The notes beneath the pieces were generated by a model, which saw nothing but the letters and a program-made list of their open reading frames with translations, was not told where the DNA came from and did no database searches. From contig NC_043012.1 in assembly GCF_006345805.1 (NCBI RefSeq), positions 50,406,001-50,470,000 of the forward strand: 64,000 bases of DNA, given 5' to 3'. Below, piece after piece: positions 28,642-40,755 of the stretch. The stretch is from Octopus sinensis. Taxonomy: Eukaryota. Both the position numbers and the translations under genes were made by a program. Position 1 is the first letter of the stretch, and each line of letters starts with the position of its first letter.

Positions 28642-29526
28642 ATTATATAAAAGGGCTTAGTAAAATAAATTACTTTGCCGCATACTGAACTCATTAGAAA
28701 TAGCAGCTAAAAAACTTTTTTAAAGCTATTTCTAATACTTAAAGAAAATCTCTCTCATATATAGTGTTTGCTTAATTCAACTCACAAAAGTTTGGGGGTA
28801 AGGACATCGAAAAATCAAATGCTAAGGTTATTTGAGAACGTACGTTTCAAGATTAGTCAAAACAACACTTCTATCATCAGCTCAGAAATTCCTTGGTTTG
28901 GATTTGGAAACACTGAAAATAAGAACATACCCTTTCGAAGATCTGCTCGTAACTAACAGTGCCAACAAATTCAAATAAGCAAGCGAAGAATCTCTGTTCT
29001 CCCCTTTCCACCAGCGTGGGTTAAAATCATCAAACACTATGCTTATTTCGGTAAAATCCGAAGCATTAATCAGAGGGAGATTAATTATAATTTCAACAAT
29101 TGAGGGCAAAATTAATTAATTATTAATCAATTTCACCAAGTGTTCAGTATGCAAAGGGACCATTCAAGGCGAATTCAAATTATTACATTATATAAAAGGG
29201 CTTAGTAAAATAAATTACTTTGCCGCATACTGAACTCATTAGAAATAGCAGCTAAAAAACTTTTTTAAAGCTATTTCTAATACTTAAAGAAAATCTCTCT
29301 CATATATAGTGTTTGCTTAATTCAACTCACAAAAGTTTGATTTTCGATGTCCTTACCCCCAAACTTTTGTGAGTTGAATTAAGCAAACACTATATATGAG
29401 AGAGATTTTCTTTAAGTATTAAAATAGCTTTAAAAAAGTTTTTTAGCTGCTATTTCTAATGAGTTCAGTATGCGGCAAAGTAATTTATTTTACTAAGCCC
29501 TTTTATATAATGTAATAATTTGAATT
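28642..29526. repeat. Triplicated ~170-bp segment: two direct copies and one inverted copy
   Basis: Copy 1 28642-28816 (+), copy 2 29172-29339 (+), copy 3 29339-29526 (-); near-identical by eye. Confidence 0.93.
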
Positions 29527-29777
29527 AAAGATTAACTGATTCACGCAACAATCTTTGCGTTCAAAACGTTTACATACGCACACCCTCACACAAAAATGTA
29601 TATGTACATGACCGTACACACAAACATATATGTGTATTTACGTACTCGTACACATATCCAGACTCACACACACGCACACACGCATATATACGCACACATG
29701 CACACACACATATATTTATATTAATATGTATATATATCATAGCTGTATGCTTGCATTTCATATATATTTAAACAGTT

Positions 29778-29812
<35 letters not shown>

Positions 29813-30147
29813 TATATATAGACACTCTTCTATCGCACTCCTACAACCGCAGATGTTTAAACATATGCATATTCATATAAAAGAAACGTGCGTGTGCATG
29901 AAATTCGCACTTATGCACCGGACACATTCCTACGCTCATATACATACATATGCATATACTCACACTCGTACATAATCACACAGTTAAAATGGCAAAAATC
30001 AAAGAACTATAGAAAACAAAAAACGTGAAAACATAAGGAAAGTTTGTGCAGGAACAGTAATAATGCAACTTCTATTCATTTGAAAGTCTGAGTGTTAATA
30101 TGACAACTTACTGATTGCCCTTAACTATACATACATACATACGTAAT

Positions 30148-30197
<50 letters not shown>

Positions 30198-30242
30198 GTA
30201 TATATATATGTATATATATATACATATATATATATACATACC

Positions 30243-30302
<60 letters not shown>

Positions 30303-31181
30303 ATATATATATAGTGAGAAAGTCAGAAATTTAGTGGCGCCATACTCAGATACACATATATTTATGCATGCATTATCATATGAATGCAATACACAAGCAT
30401 ACAGTAAACTCTGAAATATACGCACAAAGAATATTCTCTCACACGCACAGATTAATGCATTTAATTATTCCATACACACATGATTCGCACAGAATATACT
30501 TCTAATTCTGTAGATATTGCATTCTTAGAAGAAATCTTATGCTGGTATTTATGTGTGAGTAAAAGGTACTTTTTCTTAGAATCAAAATATATTTTACTGA
30601 TAAATTCAATCAGAATTTCCCTTCGAGGTAGATGAAAACACTATATGAAAGTATTGAAATATATTACATGTATAGTAGTGTATTCAGTTATATCAAGGAT
30701 TATTGTCGAAACAATTAAGCTATATTAGCTGGTAAATATATGCACTGTTCCAAGAATAGCAACTCTGTGAATGTTCTTTTTTCTCTTTGATCAGTAATTT
30801 ATATCAGGTTTACAATGCTTATAATGAACGGCATTTAGCACTCACCAATCCTGCCTTATATAAAATTTTATTAATTACATATGTAAATACAATGTCTGTT
30901 CTGTTCTTCAATCGCTAAACAGTATGAATTGATTAAAACTAATTTTGGCTGTTGTTCTCTTAGAGAGAATGTTAACGCAAAATATTTGATGTGTGACTCA
31001 CTGCAACTTGCTTTGCCTGAAGAGATGGCTACTTCTTACAGTGCGGTTTACGCTAGTTTCTTACATCTTATGTATTTTTTAAAATCATATATTTCGTGTT
31101 ACATATGCTCCAGCTAGGCAAATTGTTAATTTTATTTCATGATACATAACGTAATATCAAAATAAGTGAACCAGTCTTAGG

Positions 31182-31380
31182 AAAGACATACCTATCCCAC
31201 CAAAATATAAATTCAAAATTAAACTGATTAATAATATAAAGAATTCCATACATAGACTTAAATGCAAAGCACACTACTATAATAATGAAAATTAGAGGCC
31301 TAATGATTGGGGTTACCTTTTAAGAAAGGTCCCTGCAAAACACGGCGTGGTTAAGGAACCGGAAAATGAACCTCAAGAAA
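31182..31380 (+). mobile_element. Penelope-like element ORF N-terminal relic
   Basis: KDIPIPPKYKFKIKLINNIKNSIHRLKCKAHYY resembles the KNIPIP..Y..LI.K..FI.R.RWKA.F motif I recall upstream of the RT in some Penelope-like ORFs; in-frame stop follows. Confidence 0.5.
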
Positions 31381-31513
31381 CCCGTGTAGCCGAGATATGA
31401 GCAGTAAGTATTAAATTAAATTTAAATTATTTTACATGGTGGGATGAAGGGGACTACTATCTCTAAATAAATAAATATTTATACGTATATATATAAATAC
31501 ATGCATATATGCC

Positions 31514-31580
<67 letters not shown>

Positions 31581-31692
31581 TTAATGTAGGATAAAATTTT
31601 TTCGAAAAATATTTTATCAATGGCCAGCTTATTAAAAAAATACCTTTAAAGGTTAAATATATAAACAACTTATAAACAAATTGCCCTTATTT

Positions 31693-31748
<56 letters not shown>

Positions 31749-31957
31749 CCTTTAGTCATTTCAATTATGAGACTGCGACCCTGCGAATGCACTGCTTTGA
31801 AGATGGTACAACAAAGAATCTCAGTGACGTATCCAGTACGGAAAGCACTAAATATATTGTTCGACGTGCAAACTTACATGAATTCATTATTCGCCCAAAA
31901 TGGTACCAAATTTCGGAAGAAAGCCAGTAGGATGAGAGGCGGGGGCTGTTCAACAGA

Positions 31958-32090
31958 TACTTAACTTAACGACCCCGAAAGGATGAAAGCCAAAATGGAT
32001 TCCGAAGAAATTTGAACTCAGAACGTAAACACGGACAAAATGCCGCTAAGCATCTAGCCCAGCGTGCTAACTAGACTGCCAGCTCTCCGC
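31958..32090 (-). mobile_element. SINE (gttagcacgcc family)
   Basis: Minus strand gcggagagctggcagtctagttagcacgctgggctagatgcttagcggcattttgtccgtgtttacgttctgagttcaaatt...ctttcatcctttcggggtcg. Confidence 0.85.
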
Positions 32091-33759
32091 TATAAATCTC
32101 TATCTTATTACAGCAATTAAAATTCGCCGCATACATCTACTCTCAACCCCAGTCGTTAAATATTTACTGAAAGAATTTAGAAATTACCATAGAACATGGG
32201 AATTTACTTCAATAAGATTCAATCATACATTCCTGAAGTGAATATATGTTCGTCACAAATTGCAGTTGCATCTGATAACAACTTTGGAAAATTATAACAC
32301 CCAAAATATGTGTAATCTGCACGGAAGCATATGCTAAATCTTACTGTAAATTTGATTGTATTTGGCTTTGATATACTCTAAATATCTAATAAAATATTTT
32401 GTCTTCACATTTATAGGATTCCTTAATTTCGTCAAATCTCAAATGAGAGCAAAAAAAAATGATAATAATAATAATTATGAGTATTTTCGCATAGATATCG
32501 ATAGAAAATTCTTGAACCGATTCTATTTCAAATACAAAATGTACAAATAAAAGTTCATTCCCTGAATATTTCAATTTAGAAAAAAAGTTGAATTATATAT
32601 TGCTAATCTGAATTCTACAACTGGTATGATTTATTCAAAGAAATACATATCATCGGTGTTAATTTAGCAAAGGTAAACACAAAAAATCTAATTAGTTTCA
32701 AAAAAGTTTGTTGTCAGAATCGACCAAATCAACTTTTGATAACCAAATACACATTCTAATTAAGTTTTTTTCTTTTTTTTTCCTACTTTCCTTGAGTAGA
32801 AACGTAAAAAAATAAAACTTAACTTTAATGATCAATACTAAGTTGTCAACCTATATATCTCGTTTCAGAAATTCAAGAGAAATGTTTAAACATGCTCTGA
32901 AAAAATAAAAATTTGTACTATTTTTTCTCCTTAATAAATTGTATTGATCAGCAAATGAAATTTGATAGCACAAAGCTTTTTTTAACTTAATTTCTTCTAA
33001 GTTTTATAATATTGATACTTGCTTGTTCCATATGAAGTGAAATTAAAATTCTACGCAGAAAATGTTAAGGAAATCATTGAAACTGATATAGGAGATACAG
33101 TAAGGAACATTCTAACATTGATTTCTCAATGTGCAATATATGCTCACGATTTTAACGTAATACACAAAGAAAAAGAAACCAGTGTGCGTACATTCACACA
33201 GTCATTCCCCTACAATCACACACTCACATACTCTCAAACACAGAGACACACTTAAACACACACTGAATGCTGTCGATCGCTTTCCATAAAGATTATTTTT
33301 TTACCTTTCTTTAAAAGAAATCCTACAGATGTTTCTGTGAAAGTGTGAATGTCCTTAGTAAATGTTTTAAAATATATATATATATATATAATATATATAT
33401 ATATTCTTCTTCTTCTTAGATTTATTCAACAGTCCCAAACATTAAGGTTTAGGAGCGTCACAGTCTAGAAAAATCAGACAAGAGCAAGTGAAGTTTACTT
33501 TCAACTGCTTGACCGAAATATACGCACAACAAATATATTTCTAATATTATAAAAAAAAACTATCCTTCTCATAGAGTTGCGGATGACGTATTCGGAATTT
33601 GTAAACAACAACACACACAAATGAAGGAAGAGATGAGTCCCATAATAATTTATAGACCAATAATAGCCTCCATTCACAAATATTTTCTTTGATACGAAAC
33701 TTAACTCTTCAGCTTCAGAAGTGTGACAGTATAGGATCGTTTTAAAAGTCACTGGAGAG

Positions 33760-33825
<66 letters not shown>

Positions 33826-34108
33826 GTAGGTCCGGGTTGATCCGGGGTTAACCACAGTAAATAAGGTACTCAATACATAGCAGAGTAAAATTAATTTATT
33901 ATATAGAAGGAGCTTCTACAGGACTAGAACTGTTTCATTCAAGAGAAATCTTCAGGAAGCTAGTTAACAAGAATTGTATTGGCATTTATACATTTAGGCA
34001 GGTTTAAAGGGGTGTTGGTGGGGGACTTTTTGGGGGTAGGCATAGCGCAAAAAATCATACTTGGGGGAGTGGTCAAGGAGTCAGTGTTAAATTAGATAGG
34101 AGAATAAA
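33826..34108 (-). mobile_element. Penelope-like terminal repeat (pLTR/3' UTR) carrying a hammerhead motif, left copy
   Basis: Contains hammerhead fold followed on the minus strand by AATAAA; assignment to Penelope-like elements rests on the established association of minimal type I hammerheads with PLE terminal repeats. Confidence 0.6.
33911..33961 (-). ncRNA. Type I hammerhead ribozyme (predicted), left copy
   Basis: Exact reverse complement of 35032-35082. Confidence 0.75.
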
Positions 34109-34123
34109 TAAAAAATAAAAAAT

Positions 34124-34160
<37 letters not shown>

Positions 34161-34240
34161 AATAAAAATAAAAAATAAAAAATAAAAAATAAAAAAAATA
34201 AAAAATAAAAAATAAAAAATAAAAAATAAAAAATAAAAAA
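34109..34240. repeat. (TAAAAAA)n heptamer tract, mirrored by (TTTTTTA)n at ~34687-34888
   Basis: Directly visible; forms the inner part of the inverted repeat arms. Confidence 0.95.
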
Positions 34241-34624
34241 TATGTGTATATGTATGTGTATGTATGTATATATATGTGTATGTATGTGTATGTGTGGGTG
34301 TATATATATGTGTGTATGTGTATATATGTGTATATAGGGACTAGTGTGCTGTGTGTGCATATGTGTGTGTATGGATTTGTGTGTGTATGCGTGTATGTGA
34401 GTATGTGTGTGTATGTGTATATATATATTTTTCTGTGTGTATATGTATGTGTGGTCGTGTGTGTATATATACATGTGTGTATACGTGTATGCAAGTGAGT
34501 GTGTGTATGTATACATATATATGTGTATGTGTAGATATGTATATGTATGTGTGAGTGTATATATGTGTGTATGTGTAGAGGTATAAGTGAGAATCTCCTT
34601 ATTTACCTAAAACTCTATTCCCCC

Positions 34625-34683
<59 letters not shown>

Positions 34684-34882
34684 TTAATTTTTTTATTTTT
34701 ATTTTTTATTTTTTATTTTTTATTTTTTATTTTTTATTTTTTTTTATTTTTTATTTATTATTTATTATTTATTATTTATTATTTATTATTATTTTTTATT
34801 TTTTATTTTTTTTATTTTTTATTTTTTATTTTTTATTTTTTATTTTTTATTTTTTATTTTTTATTTTTTATTTTTTATTTTT

Positions 34883-35099
34883 TATTTATTCTCCTATCTA
34901 ATTTAACACTGACTCCTTGACCACTCCCCCAAGTATGATTTTTTGCGCTATGCCTACCCCCAAAAAGTCCCCCACCAACACCCCTTTAAACCTGCCTAAA
35001 TGTATAAATGCCAATACAATTCTTGTTAACTAGCTTCCTGAAGATTTCTCTTGAATGAAACAGTTCTAGTCCTGTAGAAGCTCCTTCTATATAATAAAT
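34883..35099 (+). mobile_element. Penelope-like terminal repeat, right (inverted) copy
   Basis: Reverse complement of 33894-34108 with no mismatch found by eye. Confidence 0.6.
35032..35082 (+). ncRNA. Type I hammerhead ribozyme (predicted), right copy
   Basis: Stem I agcttc(35032-37)/gaagct(35077-82); core CUGAAGA (35038-44); stem II U.U then UUC/GAA with UCUU loop; GAAA (35057-60); stem III ACAG/CUGU with loop uucuaguc; GUA cleavage triplet ending at 35076. Confidence 0.75.
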
Positions 35100-35142
35100 A
35101 TATATGTATATTATATATATATATATATATATATTACTATTC

Positions 35143-35542
35143 GCTATAGGGACTGGTAAGCACTATAAGTTGTAGTGGGGAACATTTCACATGTGTGCTG
35201 AGGCTGACCAAGGGATTTTATATTTAGATATATCTGGGGTACTTATATGTACTCATGATTTTTGCTTCGGCTTTTTTCCATGGGCGCTTGCAAGTATTTC
35301 ATTTATGTCTTTTCATATTTTCTACTGCAGAGGAAAAAAATCTATTATGAGATTAATTCCGAAATTGATTCAATATAGAAATAACGAACTTTAAAAAAAA
35401 AATTCTACTGGCCAGCTTTCCTCGATTTCAAATCTACGTGTTTTCTGTAGCGAGTAAATAATATGTGGAAATTGACGATTTAAATGTCTGTTATCAGCAT
35501 ATTGGCATAGAAATAATTTTCTTTAGCCCTTGTTTATAAGTT
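35143..35542. repeat. Diverged second copy of the 27365-27891 repeat unit
   Basis: Shared agattaattccgaaattgattcaatataga(g/a)ataacgaa, ctgaggc(g/t)gaccaa and ctttagccctt in the same order. Confidence 0.75.
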
Positions 35543-35627
35543 ATATATATGTATGTATGTATGTATCTATGTATGTGTGTATTTTTACAAGTATGTATAT
35601 ATATATATATAGATAGATAGATGTATA

Positions 35628-35658
<31 letters not shown>

Positions 35659-35684
35659 GTGTGTATGTTTTTGTGTATGTAAAT

Positions 35685-36425
35685 AAAATGAGACAACAAA
35701 GCGGAGGCAGTGTGAAATTTCTAGGACATTTTATAAAAAGTCAGTGTTACAGCTGTGTCAGGGAGTTGTCATGGCGATACCTTCCCAGAGATGAGTACAC
35801 AAGCCTCACACAAGTGTGCGAGTGGTTCAGACATTTCCAAGATAGATGTAATGATATCGATATTAACGAAAGTTCTGGAGGACCCGCAACCAGTAGAACT
35901 GAGAAAAACTTCGCTGATGTGCGTGCAGGTATGAGGGGAAATCGTCAATTCACAATGCGTGAGTTATCAGAGGATGAGAAGACTAGTTGCGATTCAGTTC
36001 AGTCCATTATCACTGAAGATTTGGGTATGAGACGCGTGTTTGCCAAGTTTGAGCCAAGACTGCTTCCAGCAGACTAATATTACACTTGGGTTTCATTTGC
36101 ACAAGATCTCCTCGATTGTGTCGAGAAAGATGAACATCTTTTTGAAAACTTTGCGTAGGCCTCTGAGCAGTGATCGCCAAGCTTTAGTCAAACTTTGATG
36201 CAGATTCTCTGCTCACATTTCTCTCTCATTGTCAATATGACGATCACACGCTACACACCTTTTTCCAAGCATTGCTATGTACAACGGTAGTGAGGCAGAG
36301 CCATGAAGCTTAGTGCGCATGCACAACAGAGTTCAAAGTCAATCTGTGCCAAGCAGCTTTACTTTGCGTGTTTTAGCTTCGTTACTATAGCAACAGTCCT
36401 GATATTTATTAATCAGACCACATAT
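35685..36425 (+). mobile_element. Non-autonomous mariner relic, left TIR missing
   Basis: EWFRHFQD..ESSGGPATSRTEKNFADVRAGMRGNRQFTMRELSED..SVQSIITEDLGMRRVFAKFEPRLL (mariner HTH and WVPR-like motif); right end matches the TIR of 46773-47644. Confidence 0.85.
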
Positions 36426-36449
36426 ATATGACTCATTAGTAAAGAGGAG

Positions 36450-37140
36450 TGTGTGTATGTGTGTAAGTGAATGTGCGTATATCAGTGTGTGTTTTTCTGG
36501 TCAGAGTGATATGTGTATGTGTGTAAGTGTGTATGCGTGCATATGTGTGTTGTATTTGTCAGGGCGCAGTGTGTGTCCGTGTGTATGCATTTATATGAAT
36601 GTGTTACGTCAGTTCGGGTGGTTTGCGTATGTGCGTGTGTATCTGTGTATGTTGCGTTTGTTAGGGTGGTGTGTGCGTGTGCACGTGAGTATGCGTGTGT
36701 GTGTGTTGCGTTCGTTAGGATGGTGTGTAAGTGGGTGCGTGGGTATGCGTGTGTATTTTTTGTATTTATTGTGTGCATATAGCTTGTGTATGCGTGTGTG
36801 TAACATTTGTCAGAGCTGTTTGTTTGTATATGTGTGCGCGTGTATATGTGTGTGTGCGTGTGTATGCGTGTGTGTTTGTTGTGTTTCTCAGGGTGGTTTG
36901 TGCGCGGAAACACTTGTATGTGTGTGTGTTTTCTGGAACATGGGGACATAGTGTTTGTATGCTTGTGTCTGTGCATGGATTGTATTGTATTTGTGTGTAT
37001 CTTCGTATGTATCTGTGTGTGTGTGTGCATGTATGGATGTGCGTATATATATATGCGTGTATATATGTGTGTGTATATATATGCATGTATATATACGTGT
37101 GTATTTGTATGTGTGTGTCGCTGTGTCTTTGCTGTGGATG
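36450..37140. repeat. Degenerate (TG)-rich low-complexity region
   Basis: Directly visible; source of many overlapping CV/HT ORFs. Confidence 0.9.
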
Positions 37141-37350
37141 TGTTTCTCTGAGAGATAGGTATATTGTGTTTTATGTTCTCATCGTGGGCCTTGTCTCAGT
37201 TGTGGGATGTTACTGTGTATAATGATGTAAGCTTCTGTATTTCCTAGGGTGTATGTTGAGAGATATGGAAGACTATTTAGCATGCCTTGAGTGTGTTTTG
37301 GTTTCCGTAAATCTTAGATGTTGATTACCCCGTTCTAATCCATTATCAGT
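37140..37350 (-). mobile_element. Possible Penelope-like RT C-terminal relic
   Basis: Minus strand TSKIY / RKPKHT..LNSLPY across a frameshift resembles the PLE YRKPT(H/N)T motif; short and degenerate. Confidence 0.35.
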
Positions 37351-38059
37351 CTTTTGTCCAGGGTTTCCACCTTTGAGACAATTGTACAAAACTACTGAAC
37401 CATAACAAAACAGCTCACTAAACAAGCCTTTCTTGGCCCCCTGAACATCTATTAGAACAATCGTGATCTACCTTTTCATTATATGACTGCCATCAACCAC
37501 CCTCACTGTTTTAGAGAGAAATCAATTCTAAGCTTTTTCTCAAAAGCAGAACCATATTTTGATCACGGGACTACCATCAACCAAGCACATTGTCTTTAAA
37601 AAAGAAGGCAATATTGAGACACAATCTATGTATAAAATAGTGGTAATTCTTAAATTTCATCAAGATGCGAGACCCTACTATACAATCTGATCCGAATATT
37701 ATTTATTAATGGTCTGTTATTTCTCTACACAACTCTTTCTCAATTTAAGATGGTGCAAACAATTATGGTTTCTGACCACAGTAAGACTAAATCTTTAGTA
37801 CCCATTGACTGACAAGCTAGACACGATATTTATGTAAACTAATTTTTAACACTACGGAGGATACACAAAGTCTCACACTTTACTTTTCAAAATCATTCTA
37901 AATAAGTGAAACCGGTTAAGTTAATAAATATTTTTAAAAATCTCCTGCATTTTCAGATTCTTTTCCTTGTACACACACACACACAAACATATATATATAT
38001 GTATAGGTATATATATATAAATATATATATATGTATATATATACATATATATATATATG

Positions 38060-38127
<68 letters not shown>

Positions 38128-40755
38128 GAGAGAGAGAGAGAAGCAGAGAGAGAGAGATACAACTTCAGTGTCTTCTTCAAACGATGTCACATACACTATC
38201 AATAGTAAATTATGACATCGGTTTAATGCGCCGAAATTCTTCTGTTTCGACTACCCAGGTATAAGGAAGCTATGCAATATATTAGTTCCATTCAGTGTAA
38301 CAAGTCTGCTAACTTTTGCAAACACTGGCATATACTCTGACATGTAAATATATACTTATATGTGTATATAGAAACATAGATTTCCTTTCCGAGAATCTGT
38401 GTTTCGTCAGCGTGACTGCATTGAGCTTAACTAATATACCGATATATACATATATATATAACCTGAGGTATATATTTTTTACAGATTTTATAATGCATGG
38501 AATACCTACGTCTCCCTTATCAAATCTGTTACATTTTTTAACTCTAGCTTGTCATTTTATGTAGTGTAGAATCTCAAAGATAAACGTTGTTTTTTTTTTC
38601 TCTAGGAGTGAACATGAATATTTTGGGAATCCAACCATCCATATTTTTTCATGTTTATTGCAATCAGAATGAGCATATACAACAGAAAGGTTTATAAAAA
38701 TCTATGCGTACTCTACACATAAAAGTATCGAACACTCCGTATATATGAGTCAGATACCTTCCAGAAATTACAACAAAACAATAATATAACTAATTGAGAC
38801 TAGAGAACAATTTGATAGACTCAACCTCACGTGGTTGCGTCTCAGCGAGTTTGCAGTCCGATGACTAAAGCAAGAAATTAAATATGTAGAAGTTTACTAA
38901 GTCCAACAACCAGTTATCAAATTGCCCGTAGTGCAAAGTTTTAAATACAGACATAGATATTTATTTGAATGTATAATCTACGTATTACCTTTCTTTCTTA
39001 CTTCCTCTTCTTCTTTCTTTCTTTATTTCTTTCTTTCTTTCTTTCTTTCTCACTCTCTCTCTCTCTTTCTTTCCGTATCACTTTTTTCAAATACATGATA
39101 GATCGCTAGCCACTACGCATTCTTTATTTTCTCTCCTTTTTGTGGAAGAGCGTAGGCTCGAAATGTTAAAGACTTTTTCACTTCCCGAACGTTATACTAA
39201 TCACCTGTCTTCGTCTTTTTTTTGTGTGAATTCTTCCCCTACATTCAAATATACATGTGTAGGAAAAAGTTGTGTATGTATCAATGAGTCCGTTAAAGCA
39301 TTATCATTCTTGATACTATAGATGGGTCATGAATGCCAGCAAACCAACACGAATATCGTACAACGTCATTACCGACGAAAGTTTACTGATTTCTCTGTAA
39401 GTTAAGAGATGCCGTGCATTGAATTAAAAAATAGTTTATGCTACACCACAGTATCAAACATCGACTTTGAATTTCAGCCCATCTAAAGTCATATTGCGTA
39501 TCCTAATATAATTTAGGCGTTCGATTGGAGTTCAATTCCAATGAACTCATTTAGCACTGTTTCTAAGAGTTCCCTACTAATCGATAACAGTGCTGCCTAA
39601 GCTGACTTCGGTTTCAACTATATGAACAGAAATTTTGTTTGCAGTAGGCGTTATTTTGCGTATATGGGCTAGACTATTAATTCATCTTGGCTTCAGTTTT
39701 GTGCATAATTAAGAAAAATATGTATTACACATGATCAATATGTTTCCTTGATCTACATAGTATTCATTAGACTGTTTCATGATTCTATGTAATTATGCTT
39801 CCTTTGAAGTTATGTTTGGATCATCCAAGCAGAGCGGAACGTGCTAGTTTTCGTCTAGTCGGGAGTCGGGGTAAGAACAATGCATATTCGTCTTTAAAAT
39901 TGTTGGGGAAATAAATGAATAGAAGAGCCAATCAATGTAACGATCAATTATGAAATACAAAGAACTTTTATTCTAGGCAAGCAAGCACTTGGGAAGGAAG
40001 AAGCAATTCCACAATTCGAGGTCATGAAGGCGGATGAAAGAGGCACTTACCTTGTCGATGCGGTTGCAAATTTCATGGTTGACCTGACCAAAATCTCACC
40101 TGACATATAACTTTTTCTTAAAATTTTGAATACATATTCACGTGGAAGACACTTTTTATCACAATGCTATTATAATTCAAATTGTTATTATTATTTCAAT
40201 TTTTATAGTAACAGCTGTAGCTTCTGTAGTAGTAGCAGCAGCAGCCGCAGCAACAGCAGCTGTAGTAGTAGACTTATGTACTTTAGTGAACAGAAGTTAT
40301 GTTGTTAAATAGGATGAATTTGTCTATAAGTTTTCGATTTAAGTAGAACATGATACATTACTTAATAGATTAAAACAATGGAGTATTTCTACAACCTGCT
40401 TCATAATTAGGCTTTAAGATTCTGTAAATACATGTATCCATATTCTGCATTCTTGCTATTACAATTATTATATAATTGTAGAACCGCACGTGTGTTGAGT
40501 TGCTATTATCATTCGGGAAACCACAACAACTAGTGTACAAATTCTGAATAATTTTCTCGTATTGTGATATTTACAGTGGTGTTGACTCCTAGTCGTTACG
40601 TATCAGCATATTTTCTTTGTTGGTGGTTAGTCATCTTGGCAGGTCTATAAAAAGATGAAGTCACAGAAGAAATTAAGGAGGGACAGGGACACAGTAATGT
40701 GGAGGGAAATTGCTCTCTCTTCTCTCTCTCTCTCTGTATATATATATATATATAC

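Noticed and set aside
28642-29339. Spaced direct repeats as a CRISPR-like array
   Set aside because: Only two long direct copies, eukaryotic context, no regular spacers or cas genes.
33059-33099. Plus-strand exon-like segment (ENVKEIIETDIGDT) with ag/gtaagg borders
   Set aside because: Weak polypyrimidine tract, no homology recognised, no consistent partner exons.
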